Shown piece after piece: positions 37,022 to 51,827 of a stretch of 64,000 bases of DNA (the first letter of the stretch is position 1; each line of letters opens with the position of its first letter). The translations under genes and the position numbers were made by a program. Location: the NCBI GenBank assembly GCA_030704615.1, contig CM060734.1, positions 51,522,001 through 51,586,000 on the forward strand, read 5' to 3'. The DNA is from Takakia lepidozioides. Taxonomy: Eukaryota; Plantae; Bryophyta. Below the pieces are notes generated by a model. That model saw only the letters and a list, made by a program, of their open reading frames with translations. It was not told the DNA's origin and ran no database searches.

Positions 37022-38513
37022 GGTCACCATGCTCAGCATAAATCCATCGAAATTGCAGCTGATGGTAAAGCGGCCAGCCTTTATGCCTGCTAGCACCTTG
37101 CGTGCTACATCCATTGCATCCATTGAGCTTGACGACCCAGACAGCAGCTTAGTCAGCTCTGGCTTTGACTTGTTCTCTGCCAAAACACCCGCTCCCTCAT
37201 TCATACTGTTTCACACCAACTAAATAGCTACCAGTCTCTTGAAAAATTTCAAAGTTTATCAATGCAACATGGAAAAAGGAGGCTCTCTTCTATCTTGAAA
37301 GATTATGCATGCTTCTGAAAAATGTATATGGAGCTGGGCCTCCATACCAAGCGTTTCAACATGTTAAACACGGTTTCAAAGTCAGAAAATACTGAAGGCC
37401 AACTTGTACAACTCACATTACAGTTATTAAGTTCACATTACAATGTGAATGTGTGTAATAGAAATAAACGTACCTTCAGCAAAGCCAGGGGTATCAGTAT
37501 CTGGGGGGAAAATGAGAGAGAGCTGGATATTGCGGGTAAGAAGCTCTTGTTGCAGCACCTCTGCCAGGCCTCTCAATGCAAACTTACTGGCCGCATATGC
37601 TCCATAGCCATACACACCTACCTGGAGCCTTCCATTAGCTTCTACACACGTCCCAGATGCTTGAATAAGACATTCCAGGTTTTGAACCAATTTGCCAGAT
37701 CTCCAGTACCATCATATGCCAGAAACACAAATTATGCCTACCATATGAATCACATGTGATAAATGCTGATGAAGGTACAATGGCTCACTTGCCAATGCCT
37801 GGCAATACACAAACAACAATACCCAAGACTTTACAGTTTGAATTTCATGAAACCAAGCAACCCTCTTTTTAAAGCCCCTCCAGCATTCTCTAAGCTTTGT
37901 CAATAGACCAACAATTGTATCTTTAGCACAATAGTACCTGGCCCGCCTGAGAAGAGAAGATGGCAATGGAGGCGGGAATTGCACTACTCGACTTGATGAA
38001 AGGAAGGACAGCCTTGATGGCATAAATGCTGCCCCTCAAATTCGTATCCAGTATGTGCTCAATAGTCGCGAGGCTGGTCTCCTCGAAGGTGCCCGGAAAG
38101 GCAACTCCATGGCTCAACACCAACACCTCCACATCACCGGCCTCAATGGTGGCTTGCTCCAAAACCTTCTCGATGCTGGCAAACATCTTAACGTCCGCAC
38201 TGTAGGTGCGCACTTGCGCTTCTCCGCCGCCAACGCCAGTCTTTTGCTTGCAATACTCCAGAATCGATCGGCGAGCGTCCGCCAGCTTGGCAGAATCTCT
38301 TGCCACAATAGATACCCGTGCGCCCTCCGCCGCAGCGAGCTTGGCCAGAGCCAGGCCTATGCCACTAGAGCCCCCCGTGATGACCACATGACGACCTCCG
38401 AAAGCAATGCGCGTGGGCCGCGGTACGATGAGCCACCACACCAGCAGCACCATCGCGCCTAGCAGCAGCACCACAGCTACCAGCACGGGCCCCACCCATA
38501 GCCACCATCCCAT
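36881..38513 (-). CDS. TSC10: 3-ketodihydrosphingosine reductase (SDR family), 3 exons, 339 aa
   Basis: Exons 38513-37938, 37621-37474 and 37176-36881 sum to 1020 nt. N-terminal TM segment, [41 protein letters not shown] (YxxxK), [18 protein letters not shown] and a C-terminal hydrophobic segment. Confidence 0.93.
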
Positions 38514-39659
38514 CCTTCTCGTCCCCTCTGCAAAACTCTCTCTCTCTCTCTCTCTCTTCTTACAGAAAGAGTTGCACGGAAGCTCTGTAGTCCTTCTGGC
38601 TGACAAGACAATCTTGCATCATCGTCCACACCTGTAGTCAGCTTATCTACTTTTTCCACAATCTTTGCGTTACTCTGCCTTTATCAACATCGCCATGCTT
38701 GCCTTTGACTCCGATCCCTGCAACCGCCACTCCCATCGGACTGCTGTTGACTCACTTGATCATAATAACGATTGTTTCTCTCTTTCTCTCTTTGTTTCTT
38801 TCTCTGGTCGGTATTTCCGCTGCATCCCGCAAATCACAGCAAGCAAGTAGCTCCCACGCAAATGCAAACTCCTCCCTCTTGCATCCTGCGCTCCAGCACC
38901 TCTCCTCTGCTGCCTTCCAAGGAGAGAGACGACGAGATCGAACTAACGACCGAACATCCGGCGACGTTCGTTCATATCCTTTTCGTCCAGTTCGGCACCG
39001 AATCCAAGTTTGAGCGTGTGAACATAGGGGAACAGAAATGGGAACATGAGAACGCTCATCGGAATCCGCACTGTATCTTTGACTCTACTGCACAGAATAT
39101 TTCAAAATTCGAGATAATAATAATAAAAAATAACAAAAGTAGGAAGTTGTCGGTACGCGTGGGCAAAGCCGCGGGTGGAAAACTGCGGCGCACGTTACTT
39201 CATGGATGTACAGTAACACGGATTCATCCATCCTGTACCCTAGATCTTCCGCGCACGAGCCGGTTGACCGTGTCATAAATATCTTCCTTTCGTCAGTTTG
39301 GACGATGTTCATCCATCTATGCAAGTGTGAAACTGGCGGATGAAGAATATGTCATCTGGTGGTTACGAGCGGAGTTCTCCGCGCCTGTTCCAGCGTAATC
39401 TGAGGATTCTCCGCGTCCGTTCCACAGTAATTGGTCGTCGTACAGAATCCAGCCGAATCCGGAGTGTTTGGAACAGTCCACGGTAAGTGGGATATAGGCT
39501 ATAAGTGACTAGTGACTAGTGAGAAGATTAGTGAGAGAGAGCGAGAGAGAGAGAGAGAGGAGAGAGAGCGAGCTCTGCTTGCCCCACCCTGTCTGCATCC
39601 TGCGAGATTGTTTGGATCCCTGGGGGGATTGCTGGTGAGGGGGACGAAGATTGGAGAAA

Positions 39660-42600
39660 ATGCATGTCTGCAACGCATGGCTGCCTCCAGCCGTGGCGGA
39701 GAAGGTGAAGGAGGAGCCGGAGCGATTTCATGAGGTGGTGCGATTGCTGGAGGCGAGCTGGCAGCGCGACAGCCCCAGTAGCCGCCTCGAAACTGTCCGA
39801 TGGATTCCGATAATAAATTCGTACGTGTATCTTGTTCTCATGGTCTGGATGACTGTGCTAGCTCGGAATTAGAGGTTGTGGTGGTGTTTTGAGAATTCGC
39901 AATTCGAAGAAAGACGTTGGTTGTGGAAGTGGCTCGGTCCAGCTGGAGTTATGTATTTTGATGCGCATACGAGAGACACGAAGGGGACGAAGGGAATTCC
40001 TGATGGTCTTCAGGAATCTCCCGGTGGTAGAATTCAGGCCCAGTGTGATCATGTGTTGAGAAACTTGCCTTCTGCACGTATGTTTGCAACCATTTATGGA
40101 TGTTGAGTTGATTGGAAGAATATTTCAGGAATGATAGTTTTTTTTTTGTTGCATAAGGGTATGGTGCAATAGCCTCGTGGCATCCAACTGGCTGTTTGCC
40201 CGCTCTGTCTGTTCGAGGAAGGCTGCCACTTGGTGTCTGCTAATTGTACGATCCACCATGTTGGAATTGCTGAGGTGTGCAAGTTCGGTTGCACGTGCAT
40301 TTGAGGTGAGTGTAGGCATAGTCACTTTCCCAAATTCACTCGTCACATGTGGCACTGATCTTCATATGGCGGCTAGCATTAACATCCAGGGCCGCTGCCA
40401 ATTCAGTACCTTGTTTTCGATGAGTGCACAGAGGAAGAAGAGAGTTATGACTGCAAGCATCTCACGCTGATGCAGATTCATAAAAGCCCAAAGTGAGTTG
40501 GCAATAGCTGACCTGGAGGTTGTGGTGAAGATGGGACTGGACTTGCTTCTGCAGTCTTCTGATAATTTGTTTATCCAGGTTTGTCCCCATCTCGTGTTTT
40601 ATTGCCAGCTCTCAATCTTGCTTGGGAGCATGTCCTTGTGTACTAGACTAGGTGTACGGAAGCTGACTACTTTTGATGGTGAACAGCATCAGTGGGGCCA
40701 TTGTGTCACTCGAGTGTTGAGGAAATATCATGAGAAACTTGTTCTGAAGATCGAGTGGCGGCCTTTATACACAGTTTTGTTGACCACACACTTCAAGAGG
40801 TGAAGTGCTCACAATGCAGGCCGTGTTGGAATGATGAGTGGTGGTATGATATTGTGAATGTACATTGTTAGAGATGCACATTAGTTCTAAATCAATTGTG
40901 AGAAAGGATCCATGGTTTGTTGAGATGTGTACTGCAAGAGTCTAGTTGATTTAGCCATGTCTAGTCTTCATTCAAGGTGCAATTCTTATATACATCTACC
41001 TATCACAGGCGATATTCTTATGAAGGGGTGGCATTAAGGATGGAACATTTGGACTCCATTGTTGCTCTTGTCCGCTGCTGTCGCCGCTTCTTTCCACCCA
41101 GTTCAGATGCGGAGATTTGGTGTGAGTTTCGGTATGTTGCATTTTAGACTTCGTCATCGAACCTGATTTGTTAGTGTAGTCTTGCTAGAAAGATGAACTT
41201 CTAGTGTTTCATAGGTTTGTGGATATATTTTCTCATGTAGCTGACGTTGGTGTCAATAAAAGAGGAATCTGGGGCAGGTCTGAATGGACTTATTAAGATC
41301 TATGTGTCTGGCTTGGCAGGCCTGCACTTGAAGATCTTTCTCACAATTCAGCTTTGGAGGCAATGGGCTTTATTTCCCTGTTTCTACCAACAACATTCCT
41401 AAACAAGTCAGAATGTGATCTGCAAGTCTCTGCAAGGTACCTTTTCTAGCTTTGGGAGGCTACTGAAGTTGGTAGGATGCAGGACAGCTGGTATAATCTG
41501 TAACTGGGGTGGGCACATTGTTGGCCTGTGGGTGTGTATTCAGTGCCTGGATAACCGAATGCTTATGCCTCTGGTCTGCCTTACCGAATTGTCGTTATTG
41601 GAATCAACAATGGGCTTCTTTTCTAGGACGTTGCATCAAGTCTTCCAAAGGCTCCTTTGACTGGGAGCCATTCTTGCCAATTCTCTTCACACAATATGTG
41701 CAGTCCTTTCAGGTACATTATTTTTCTACTTGAGAACTGAGTTACTGTTGAATTTTAATATGTTTAATAATCCAAGGCTGGAAGAAGTTGAGCTAGTTGC
41801 AAAACCAGCAGAGCATAAATGTTTTCTGTATGATTTACTACTGCTGAAAACATGGTGTAGGTGCCGGTGGGGAAAGCGGGTTCCTGTTCGCCGGCTCACA
41901 GGCGCATTCCCCGAGAGGTCACACTTGCTTTCAGCTCCAGCTGGACATCCTCTTTCTCAAAAGTCTTTGCCAAGTCCATTGTAAGTCATCTCCATGCAAT
42001 CAGTGGTCACCAGGCTCCAGAATTCACCACCAGTAATATATGATCTTTTGAGTCTTTGCCATAATTCATGGAGACTCCAAATGATTAAGTGGGTGGAGTT
42101 TGGATTTAATTTGAGATGTTGTGGGAGTATGCAGGTGCATTTGCTTGTTCCTGGTGGCTCTGCGCAAGGTCATCTTGAGATGCTAATTGATCTTCTTGAA
42201 CAGTAGGTATTTCTAAACCTGAGGTAGATTATGACTATTCTCGACTCTGCAGATTGTCACAGTTCAGTGCGCAGGGCTGGGCTTGCCATGTATGAATAAT
42301 GACCTGTGCTGCAGATATTATCATCCTTCCAATGGAGGTTCGTGGACAGGTTCGTTGGAATGGTTGTTGCGCTATCTGGTGTATTACTTCCTCAAGCGCC
42401 TGGCACATGAGCAACGGTAAGAGGCTGTGTCACTTGCAGTCTTCCTGCTTTACATGCAGGCCAGCAGCTGTCATTTGCTTGCTACGATCTACATTTGAGC
42501 ACTGCTAGACAGCATGCTGTGCAACGAAGGTGCATGGTAGCCATGCCCATCATGTGGTATTGTTAGGAGTTGATGAGAGCACCGTGTGGGCTTCAGAAGG

Positions 42601-45600
42601 AGTAGCAAGCTGGGACAACAGTTGGGACCCGCAGAAAGGTCAGCCTTTGTGCGCACATTAATGCGATTGATAGAGCGGGGACAATACAGTAAGAACAATG
42701 CCTTAGCGAGTACTGTGGCAACTGCAGCCTCTCAGTTGGCCTATGTGGAGCCGTCACTGGTGTTGCCCTTTGTTGTATCCTGCTTCCAATCTGCACTGGA
42801 AACTGTAAGTGATTCTCCATCCTCCATACTCTCCACTTGAGACAAGGACAATCAGCCCTTGTCTGATTGTCCTTTAGTGAAGCCATCTGCCAACATTGAA
42901 GGTTTAAAGGAAGGACTTAAAACAAGAGAAACTTAAAGCAATCTTCAAAAGAACGGAGACTGTCCAGCATCGTTGCATCCGGATATGTTGGAGAGAGATT
43001 GGAGTATGAAATACGCTTGCGTGAAGTTGTGGTTCTAACAAAGTTGCCACTTGCCTGTGGCAGATAACAGCCACACATCAACTGGAGTCTGCACTGACCA
43101 CTCTGGCACTTGCTGCCCGTCCCATCCTACTTGCGTCTTCTGCTGCGGACCTAACTTCTGGGCATATGGGGCTCACTGTGGTCAATTCAGATGTCACTAT
43201 ATCTGTAGCTGAATGCAAGAGTACACTTGTGGTTGCGATGTTCGATACTTTGCTTGGACTGGATGCCAATGATCCCCCAAAAACTTTGGCGACCTTGCAG
43301 TTGTATTGCTCTGTACTTTCAAGCGTAAGTTGTTGAGATCAAATAGTGTAGTTGATAGTCCTGCATTTGCGCTCTTCATAAGCTGCAGGTTGCAGTTGAT
43401 TGCATTTCTTTACACAGGAATGAAAGGGTTTACAAGGTGCACCTGGGCATTTGGGGTTTTGTTTTGAATGCAGGTGGGCATTCTGGGAGACAAGGAAGAT
43501 GGGGGGGGTGGAGCATTGCCCATTGATTGGTCCAAGTGGCTTGATGACTTTCTGTCTCGCCTTTTTATTCTCCTTGTAAACTTGGAGCCAACCACAACCA
43601 CGTAAGTTTTGTGTGGGCCATGTCAAGTTTATCGGCTAGTGTCGGAAGAGTGTAAAACACACCATGTTTTACTCAACTCCGACCAGATATGATGACCAAG
43701 CAGTGTGTATGCACCTTGGCATCATTTCTGCTACTTGACATCTAGAGGCGATGGTTAATTCATACACAGTCATGCAGGAAGATAAGCAGGAGGCAACTTG
43801 ACTTGAAGGAGAACATGATAGTTCTCCAGTTCTCCCTGCATACTACTGAAAATACTAAAAGTAGAGGTTCTTGGGCTTGCCATATTCATAGTGGTTGTTG
43901 GGGCTGAATGTGTGGCTGCAGAAATGATTTGGAGTCGGATGATGGGTTTCTGATGGAAACTGGGTCACAATATAACTCTCTGATTGGGCTTCTGTTGGAA
44001 AGAGCAACAGTGCCCTTTTACAATCAGGTACAGCTTGTTGTCAACTATTTATCGAACCTGCAACTCTTGGTTTAAAGTAATTCCCTGTTTGCCATCTTGT
44101 AAGCACCACGGGTGTGAGAACGCAGATGGATTAAAAGATGGAAGGTGGGTGGTGTTTGTTTGGGGCCAGGCATTGAAGAGCGTGACCAAGTTTGTGCTTA
44201 GCAATGTATTGCCTGGTGCTTCAGAGGAGATTGGTGCACTCTGCCGTTGTGCTGTCTATGTGCGTCCTTCAGTGGCTATTCCAGCTCTATTGGTGCCCCT
44301 AATGAACTCTGTTGTTACTTCCCTTGCTGAGTCTCCTTCAACTGGATTTAGTGGCAGTGCTTCACGGACTCTTGGAGCTGATTTTAAGGTTGATCCTGAT
44401 CTCAAGTCAGCTCAAATATCAGGAAATAGTTTATTTGGTTTTTACTCTCTCAGAGTTATTGAGTTATGAGACAGCATTCTTTCTGTGTGACTGTCTTGGT
44501 GCCTCTGTTTTCATCTTTGAAGCTCCTCCTTACCTTGGATGTGACTCATTTTATGTCTCCTGACCTCTAATAATGGGAGTGCATAGTTTACTAGGCTCTC
44601 AGATTGATGTTTTATCAATTACCAGCTCCCTTTTCAATGAACTTGTGAGGACAGGATACAAGGTGTTGGGCTTATCAGAGGGAGGGGGAGGTAATGACCA
44701 GGTGGGGTTATCACCAGCTTTGGAGAGCACAGTGACATACCAACTCAAAGTGCTGGCATATGCAATTTGCTTTGGTGGAGTGGGTCTTTCTGTACATTCG
44801 GAGCTTCTCAAGAATGTCATTGCAGCAGCTTTTGATGCCCCTAGTTCAAAGGTCACTATCTGGCTCACTTACACGTGCATGTCAATGAGTTAATTGGATT
44901 GGATATTGATGTTAATGTGCAAATATAAGCTGACTGCATGTTGGAGTGTTTTTTGCAAATTTTTGGAGTTGTGTTTGCAGTTCAACTGAAGTATTTGCTG
45001 GAAAGCTTGGTTCCTAAAAACTTGCTTCTTCAATGGAAGAGGTGTGCCTGTGAATGATCTATTCCAAGAGTCATTCATTCATCCCTCCTCCAAGAAATGA
45101 GTTGGGTTTCATGATTGTGTGATTGGCTTTGACAGGTGAATACAGCTGGAAGTAGTGTCTTAAGTTCCTTGCTTGAGAGTCAGATAACATACTACACTTT
45201 ACAAATGATGCCAAAGGGGTATGTTTCCTGCTATGCTGTCTGATTTTGCAATCTGTTTTTTCAGATTCCTTCGAGTTTTTACTCCTTTCTGTAACTATTT
45301 CTGAAGTCCTTTGGTAGGTTTGAATTGTGCACTGGCTTTATGTAGGGCCCTTGGTCTTGATAGGGTGTCATGGCTCTTGGGCTCCATCATGTCATGGAGT
45401 GTTGCAGTGACTCTCAAGTGTTTCAATCGGGAAGGACATTAGGCTTGTGCTGACTGACTATGTCTGGTGGCTGCACAGGTTGCACTCTGGTCCGAGTGGG
45501 GTGGATCCATGGTTCAGTACAAAGGGCCAAAGCCTTCAAGTGGAGGGTAGCTGTCCGAAGTGGCATATCCCTAGTCCAGCAGAGATGAAGTTTGTTGAGG

Positions 45601-48600
45601 AGCTATTGGATCTGCATCTGCGCAGCTCCCTTGCAGATTTACGTAACATGTGTCAAGATGGTCCTCAGCTGGACCTTTCTGATAATGGTAGGAAGTTGTT
45701 TGACTCCTTCCACGGTTGTGGTGTGCCAAGCTGACTGGGAGTGTGGTCTAGTCAACTTTGTCTGTGGTGAAAATGGTTGATGTAGATGGTGCCGAACTGA
45801 GGTGGCTCAGGAGATGCATGGGTGGGTACGAGTGCAGGACAGCAAAAGGAACACCTACGAGTATTGCTGTTGCGTGTGGAGGCAACCTTATGTGGTCTTG
45901 GATCATGCTTACCTGATTTTCTCCCCGTTGCTGGTACCCCTTCAAGCCCGATGGTGGTGGGGGCTGCAGGTGCACCTGTGGCCAGTCCAGCACTGCGGGA
46001 GGAGACTGCTAATACCATTCACCAAGCCTGCGAGTAATGCTGCCTCCTCTTTTCCATTTGTTGGTTTTTGGTCTCTGTCAACTCCTATATTTTGTTTACT
46101 TTGATGTAAGCAGCAGTGTGTCAGACTAAGGATGGGAGAATGGGGTTGTGTTGGGTTGAACAGATACATGCTGAAAAAGCGTGCAGATGATACAACACTG
46201 TTAAAGATACTGGTGAGGGTGATTGATCTGATTGGCAATACTGGTAAGAGTGCTAGCCCCTCCCTCCCTACTGCCCTTTGTCCTCTAGATGATGTTACTT
46301 GCATTTTGCATGGGACTTGCTAGTCTTGGGTGGTTTTAATCTACTATCTTGTGGCAGGAATGGATGTGTCTCACTTCTTGAACAACCTTTTAATTGAGCT
46401 CTGCAGGTAGTTCAGAGTATAACGGCTGGCTTTTGAACCGGCAAATTTTCGAAGCTGATGCTAAAACTCTTAAGGAGCCACATGTCAATTTTATTACCAA
46501 AACTGAAACCAAGGGAAGACGCAGGTGCATGTTTGGAACTGGTGCCCTTTACTATTACTTGCATTTTGTGGGAAGTGTGTCTTTTTGGTCCGGTACGGGT
46601 TAAGTTTGAAGGAGAAAGTAAGGTGTAAAGCTAAAGGGAGGCCCGGTGAGACAGACCAGCGTGGATGGTGGTGGAGAAAGTATATCTGCACAACCTCTGG
46701 CGCAGCAGTCAAGGGGGCTTTCAGGCAGGCCCAGCTCCCATTCACATAGCTCTACTATCCAAGGATCTTTTGAATCTATCCCTACATAGCTACGCAGCTG
46801 TCCGCTCGTGAGTTCCCATACTCATTTTTCCACTACTTCTTGTACCAAGGCAGAATCTGAGGAACATGTGAGATGTAGAGAGATGCACCTTCATTTAATG
46901 GGCTATTTTAAGATGTAGGCCGCAAATGTTGGTAAAGCAACCCATTTTGGAGACTCCTAACTAGCGGAATGTACAAAGTTGCTGGCCCTGACATGATACT
47001 TGATGCAACCCTACGGTTAGCTTGTTATTCGATATATAAGAAATTCTTTGCAGTTCATTTGAGAATCTAGTCTATCAAGCTCCAGTGCTGCACTATTGGC
47101 AAGACGAAACTTTAACAAAACTGGAGTACACATTGCAACTGATAGACAGTCAGTTTTCCACTGTACAGAAGTGCAGGAAGTAAACTTGGGCTGATGTTGA
47201 CGCGCTACCCGACTTTGGTGAGCGATTGCATGCCTCAGCTGACTCGTAGCTTGCAAGAGGTTGCACCTACCGAGGATGCAGCCTTGGGTGCCTGCATGGT
47301 CCTGGCATTGACACCCCTCTTGCGAACTGTGATGCAGGTGTCTATTATGTTTTCACTCTTTCCAGCTCTGGTTGATCACTTTCCAGGCATTGCTGTGATC
47401 AGTGACTCATGCTTCAATCTCATGAAGTATGCAGTAAGGTGTTCAGCTGTGGTTTGCAAGACATTTCTATTCTGAGCCTTGTTTATGGCTATTGGCAGGA
47501 TTGGAATGCGATGACATCATTTCTACTTGCCTTGCTTGACAGGTAAGGCCTCCATAGTTTTGTTTCAAGCTTACGAGTCAGTGGCTTTTAGCTACAGAAG
47601 CCAGTGCAGAGGGCAGTGTATGACAAAACATGTGGCTCTGGTTGTTGTTGGCTGGCGGGGTATTGGAGTCCAGTGCGCACCATGAGACAGTCAAAGCGCA
47701 AAACGCCATCACCGAGGTTTGCTGAAAATCTTCACCATGGAACAAATTTTCTCAGATTTCCATTCGCTCCTGGAGACTGTTGTGTGTGTATTTTCAGTTA
47801 TATCGGGGGAGAGTAGAAATCTGACTTCCATCTGAACTGTTTGGTGTCCACAGCTGTTCTGTCTGTTTAACATCCTTTTTCGGGCAGCACCTTTGAGCTC
47901 TTTTGCGAGCTCGGGGGACACTGTGGACTGCACAACATACACTACACTAATTGGGAATCTCAAGGAGAAAGTTCTGGCCACTCACAGTGGCACTGGGACT
48001 GCTCACTGGCGGTAAGAAATTCCAGCTGTGTCCCTGAGGGTGGGTGAGTTTATGATCTGGTGAGCTTTGTAGATGCTACAAGCTCTTTGCCATTCAGATT
48101 TTAGTCTAGGTCTAATGGTACCCACATGGTTTGATGCTGGCAGATACAATCTGATGGCTCATGGAATGCTTTTATTTTTGGTATTGCCACCTTCCTCGCT
48201 TAACTGTACGTGGGATGCAACGATTATTACAAAGACCAGAGAAAGTATTGCTGGTATGTCCTCCTGCTGACACTTGGAAGTAAAATTGCTCTTTGTCATC
48301 TTCCTTTTATAATTTGGTGACACAAATAGTATTAGGGCTTTGAAATTGATCCTTGAGCTGTGATGCATTTGACAGGTGGATTTATGGGCAATTTGACAAG
48401 CGAGCTGCCACCTCTTCGTCCATTGTCAGTGGTTGCTCTATCGTTTCTACTGCAGGCCTCATCTGGCAAGACAGCACGGAATGGGGTAATCGGGACTTCA
48501 TCATGGCCACAAACTTCCAATAAGGAGAATTTAACTACCTCAATGAAAAGTACGATTAGTGCAGTGTTCAAGGACCCTGGCTTTGGTGACAGGTTGGTCA

Positions 48601-51600
48601 AGCATCTTGCATTGGATCACAACTATGGAGAAGGGCACAGTGTGTACCAATCCTCAACTATGAACGATGTTGGGTTGACAGCATTAATGCCTTATGTTAA
48701 GCGTGAGTGGCCTTACACCAGGACTTGGGACTCCACAAGTTTGGGAGAACAATTTTCTTATGCTTATGCCAAGCTCTTCAAGTCTCTTGTACGAGAATGT
48801 GGGGCGCTTGTGCTGCAAGATTTACGGACCCCTTTAGTGGATGCAGCCAATGCTGTGCAAGAACGAGGCAGGCAATGCATAGCTGCAGAGATAATAGGTG
48901 GGCTGCTACGTTCAGATGTGGGGTGTGTGGTTGAAGCGTGGCATGACTGGCTAAGCCCTCTGTTGCGCAAGGTTCTTTTGCATTCCACCGTCGAGTCTGC
49001 CTCAGAATGGGCAGCTTGTGTGCGATTCGCAATTGGAGGCAAGGGCTGCAGTGGCCGCCATGTGCCGGTGCTGCGCTCAAGTATAGTGAAGTTCTTGGGA
49101 GAGACTTTGCCAGCAGGAGCAGCCACTAGTCTGGTAACTAAGCGCCTTATGCTACTGCAGGCTGCACTCCTTGAGCTCGGGCATGACTGCGAACTTGAGT
49201 TCCAGGCTGCTCTCCTTACCGAAATCATAGGTTATATGACTCATCCAGCATCTCAGGTAAGTTTTCTTAGTATAAGCCGTAAGTCCTTTCCCAACAGTTG
49301 ATTGGTATAATTTGAATGTTGCCCCATGTTGGTCAGCAGACCTGTGGGAACATTGCACGGTAAAGGACATTCCAGCTCACAAAGCAATCCTTGACTGGAT
49401 AATACAGGTGCGGGAAGCGGTAGGCAGCATTATGTGCATCCTTGGTGCCAACCTCTTGGGTGCCAGTGAGGAGATTCAAAGTGCTGGTAGAGTGAATGAC
49501 TGGAAGATACTTGTGATAGAGGGTGCACAATCTGCTGCTGCCATCATCCAAAGCAAGGGCGGAGATGTGGGTAAGACGTCTATTGATGATGCATCCAGTG
49601 CTTCTGCGAAAGAGGCTCTGAAGCGGATTGACACGGTAGCCTCCATGCTCGTTCCTCTGTTTCTACATGTTCCGTTCTCCATTCTGTATCAAAATGCATC
49701 TAAAAATGCTTTTGGGACTGTGAATCTGTCGTAACTTTCTTAACTACTTTGGTAGGCCAAGGAAGCATGTGGGTGGGGGTTGGGTACCTGCTAACAAGAG
49801 AAAGCGGTATGTGCTTGCAGACATTACACTTCGTGGTGGCAAGCATACGATCAGGAAATGCTGCTACTTTGATGCACATCCTTCTTGGTGTCTTCTGTCC
49901 AGTGCTCTCTATGCAGGTCCAAATCTAGCACTCCTTTTGAAAATTCAGTTCACTGTGTTGAACAATGAGGGATGTTTTGTATGCTTAGGTACCTGGAAGT
50001 GTTAGACTACGAAGACTTCTTTCCAACCGCATGTCCTTTTCCCCAAATCTGTTTTCTTTACTTTGACCAACATCAAGTAGAATCTAACAATTTTTGCATG
50101 GAAAGGAGCATGCAATGCTGTGCCCATAGTTGACAGAAGGACAATCACAAGAAAGGGATAGTACTTTTGACAGTTTGAAGTTGTCCATATGCTATCAATT
50201 ATCCAGTGACACTTAAGAATGGTCGAAGGAGATGCAAAGTCTTGAGTGGTTGTCTTGACAGATAGTCAGTGGCCATTCCTTTACATTCTTTTGTTGGTAA
50301 TAATTTTAACGCATGCTCCTTGTTGCTCATAATCTTTGAAGACAAGATTTTTTCATGAGTTTTCATATGCTCTGGCATAGAGCCTGTGTAAGTGGGAGGG
50401 GATATGTATTGTGATGTAGAGAGTTTAGGGTGGGGGTGCTGAAATGTGACGGGGGAGGGTTGAATGTATTGCACAGGACATATGGGACAAGGATGTGAAG
50501 GCCTTGGCAAAGTCAGCTTTACAGCTGCTGATGTGGCAGCCCTTCCCACCAGAGCACTTGGAAGGTGCTGTGACAGGGGTTCTGTTGGCTAGCAACCACA
50601 GCAACTGGCATACGCGTGTTGCAGCTTTGACTTTCTTGCCGCCATTCATGTTCAGGTGTGTGTCATTATTTGCTCTCTTGCACAGACTGCCTTCCACATT
50701 ATACAACGAGTATTGATGAGATTGGGTTGGGGCATGGTGCAGGCACACCTTCACCATGGCCACTGCTCATTTGACTGCCTCGTGGGATCAAGTGCAACGT
50801 TTGCTCTCTGACCCTCAGATTGAGGTATTTCTGGGGGAGTACAAGGAGAGGTGGCTTTAGTGGTCCAAAAGTAATTGGAGATGTTGTGTTGCAGAACAGT
50901 AGATTTAGTCCATTTTTGTATGTCTATTTTCTTAATCATGATGTAACAGGAAAGCAAACCTCTGCAGGTGAGAGAGCTAGCAGCAACTACAATGGCAGGC
51001 CTGATGAAGGGAGCCGGCAGTAAGTTTGCTGATGTATTCCGGAAACAGGCACTGGAAGCTGCTGTGGCTCTGCAAGCTACCAAGCTGAAAACCAGGTATT
51101 TGGGTGACTCCTGCCTTGGCCTTCACTGTCCTTGAGCTGGAAGTTCGTGAAACTGGACTCTGGGGATCTAACAAGATATATGGCCTGGTCTGTGGGCAGG
51201 AGAAAAACTGCAGGAAGTTCGACTGCAGCCACACATGGAGTGGTCTTAGGCGTGGCTGCTTGTGTGCTATCTGTGCCCTATGACATGCCTCGGTAAGTTC
51301 CACCCTAAATTGCTCTGCATTTGACAGACAGCTGCTTGTTATCATATGAAGGTGCTATTATATATGTAGCTCACATAAGGTGCAAGTCTGATTGGTGTAC
51401 CAAGGACATGGGTGCCAACGGAGTAGCAGAACAAGAGGAGCCAAATCAGGAGGGCCAGGCAGGCATGCCTAAGCAGTCAAAAGTATGCTGAATGAGAGGC
51501 AGTAAGGACTCGTGTGCTTGAGGTGGGTGCAGGTGGCTTCCTGAGATAGTGACGGTGTTGGCGCGTTTTAACCACGAGCCGTGGCCCATTCGAGGCACAG

Positions 51601-51827
51601 TGACAAAGACCATAGCAGATTTCCGGCGTACCCATTCTGACACCTGGGAATTCCAAAAGCTCTGCTTCAGTGCAGGGCAGTTAGAGGTAAGGTTATGCAA
51701 TGGAATGGTGGACATAACTGGTATGGTTCATCTGCACAGTGGCTGGAGATCTCCTCTGTAACTAACTAATCTTTGTTTCTTGCAGGTATTGTCGGACTTG
51801 ACATCCTCTGCATCCTACTTTGTGTAA
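39660..51827 (+). CDS. PA200: Proteasome activator subunit 4 (PA200/Blm10), ~35 exons
   Basis: N-terminus MHVCNAWLPPAVAEKVKEEPERF; internal YYHPSNGGSW, LLGLDANDPPKT and ERGRQCIAAEIIGG; C-terminal SVPYDMPRWLPE...TIADFRRTHSDTW...VLSDLTSSASYFV*. Exons traced by eye with GT-AG boundaries; a few internal boundaries are uncertain. Confidence 0.93.

Noticed and set aside
46974-47071. Second PA200-derived duplication at 57731-57830
   Set aside because: The shared piece is intronic and adjoins a LINE tail motif, so it is better explained as two insertions of the same repeat.
48764-49228. Antisense ORFs over PA200, PPR and TSC10 exons
   Set aside because: Expected shadow ORFs opposite long coding exons; no independent evidence.
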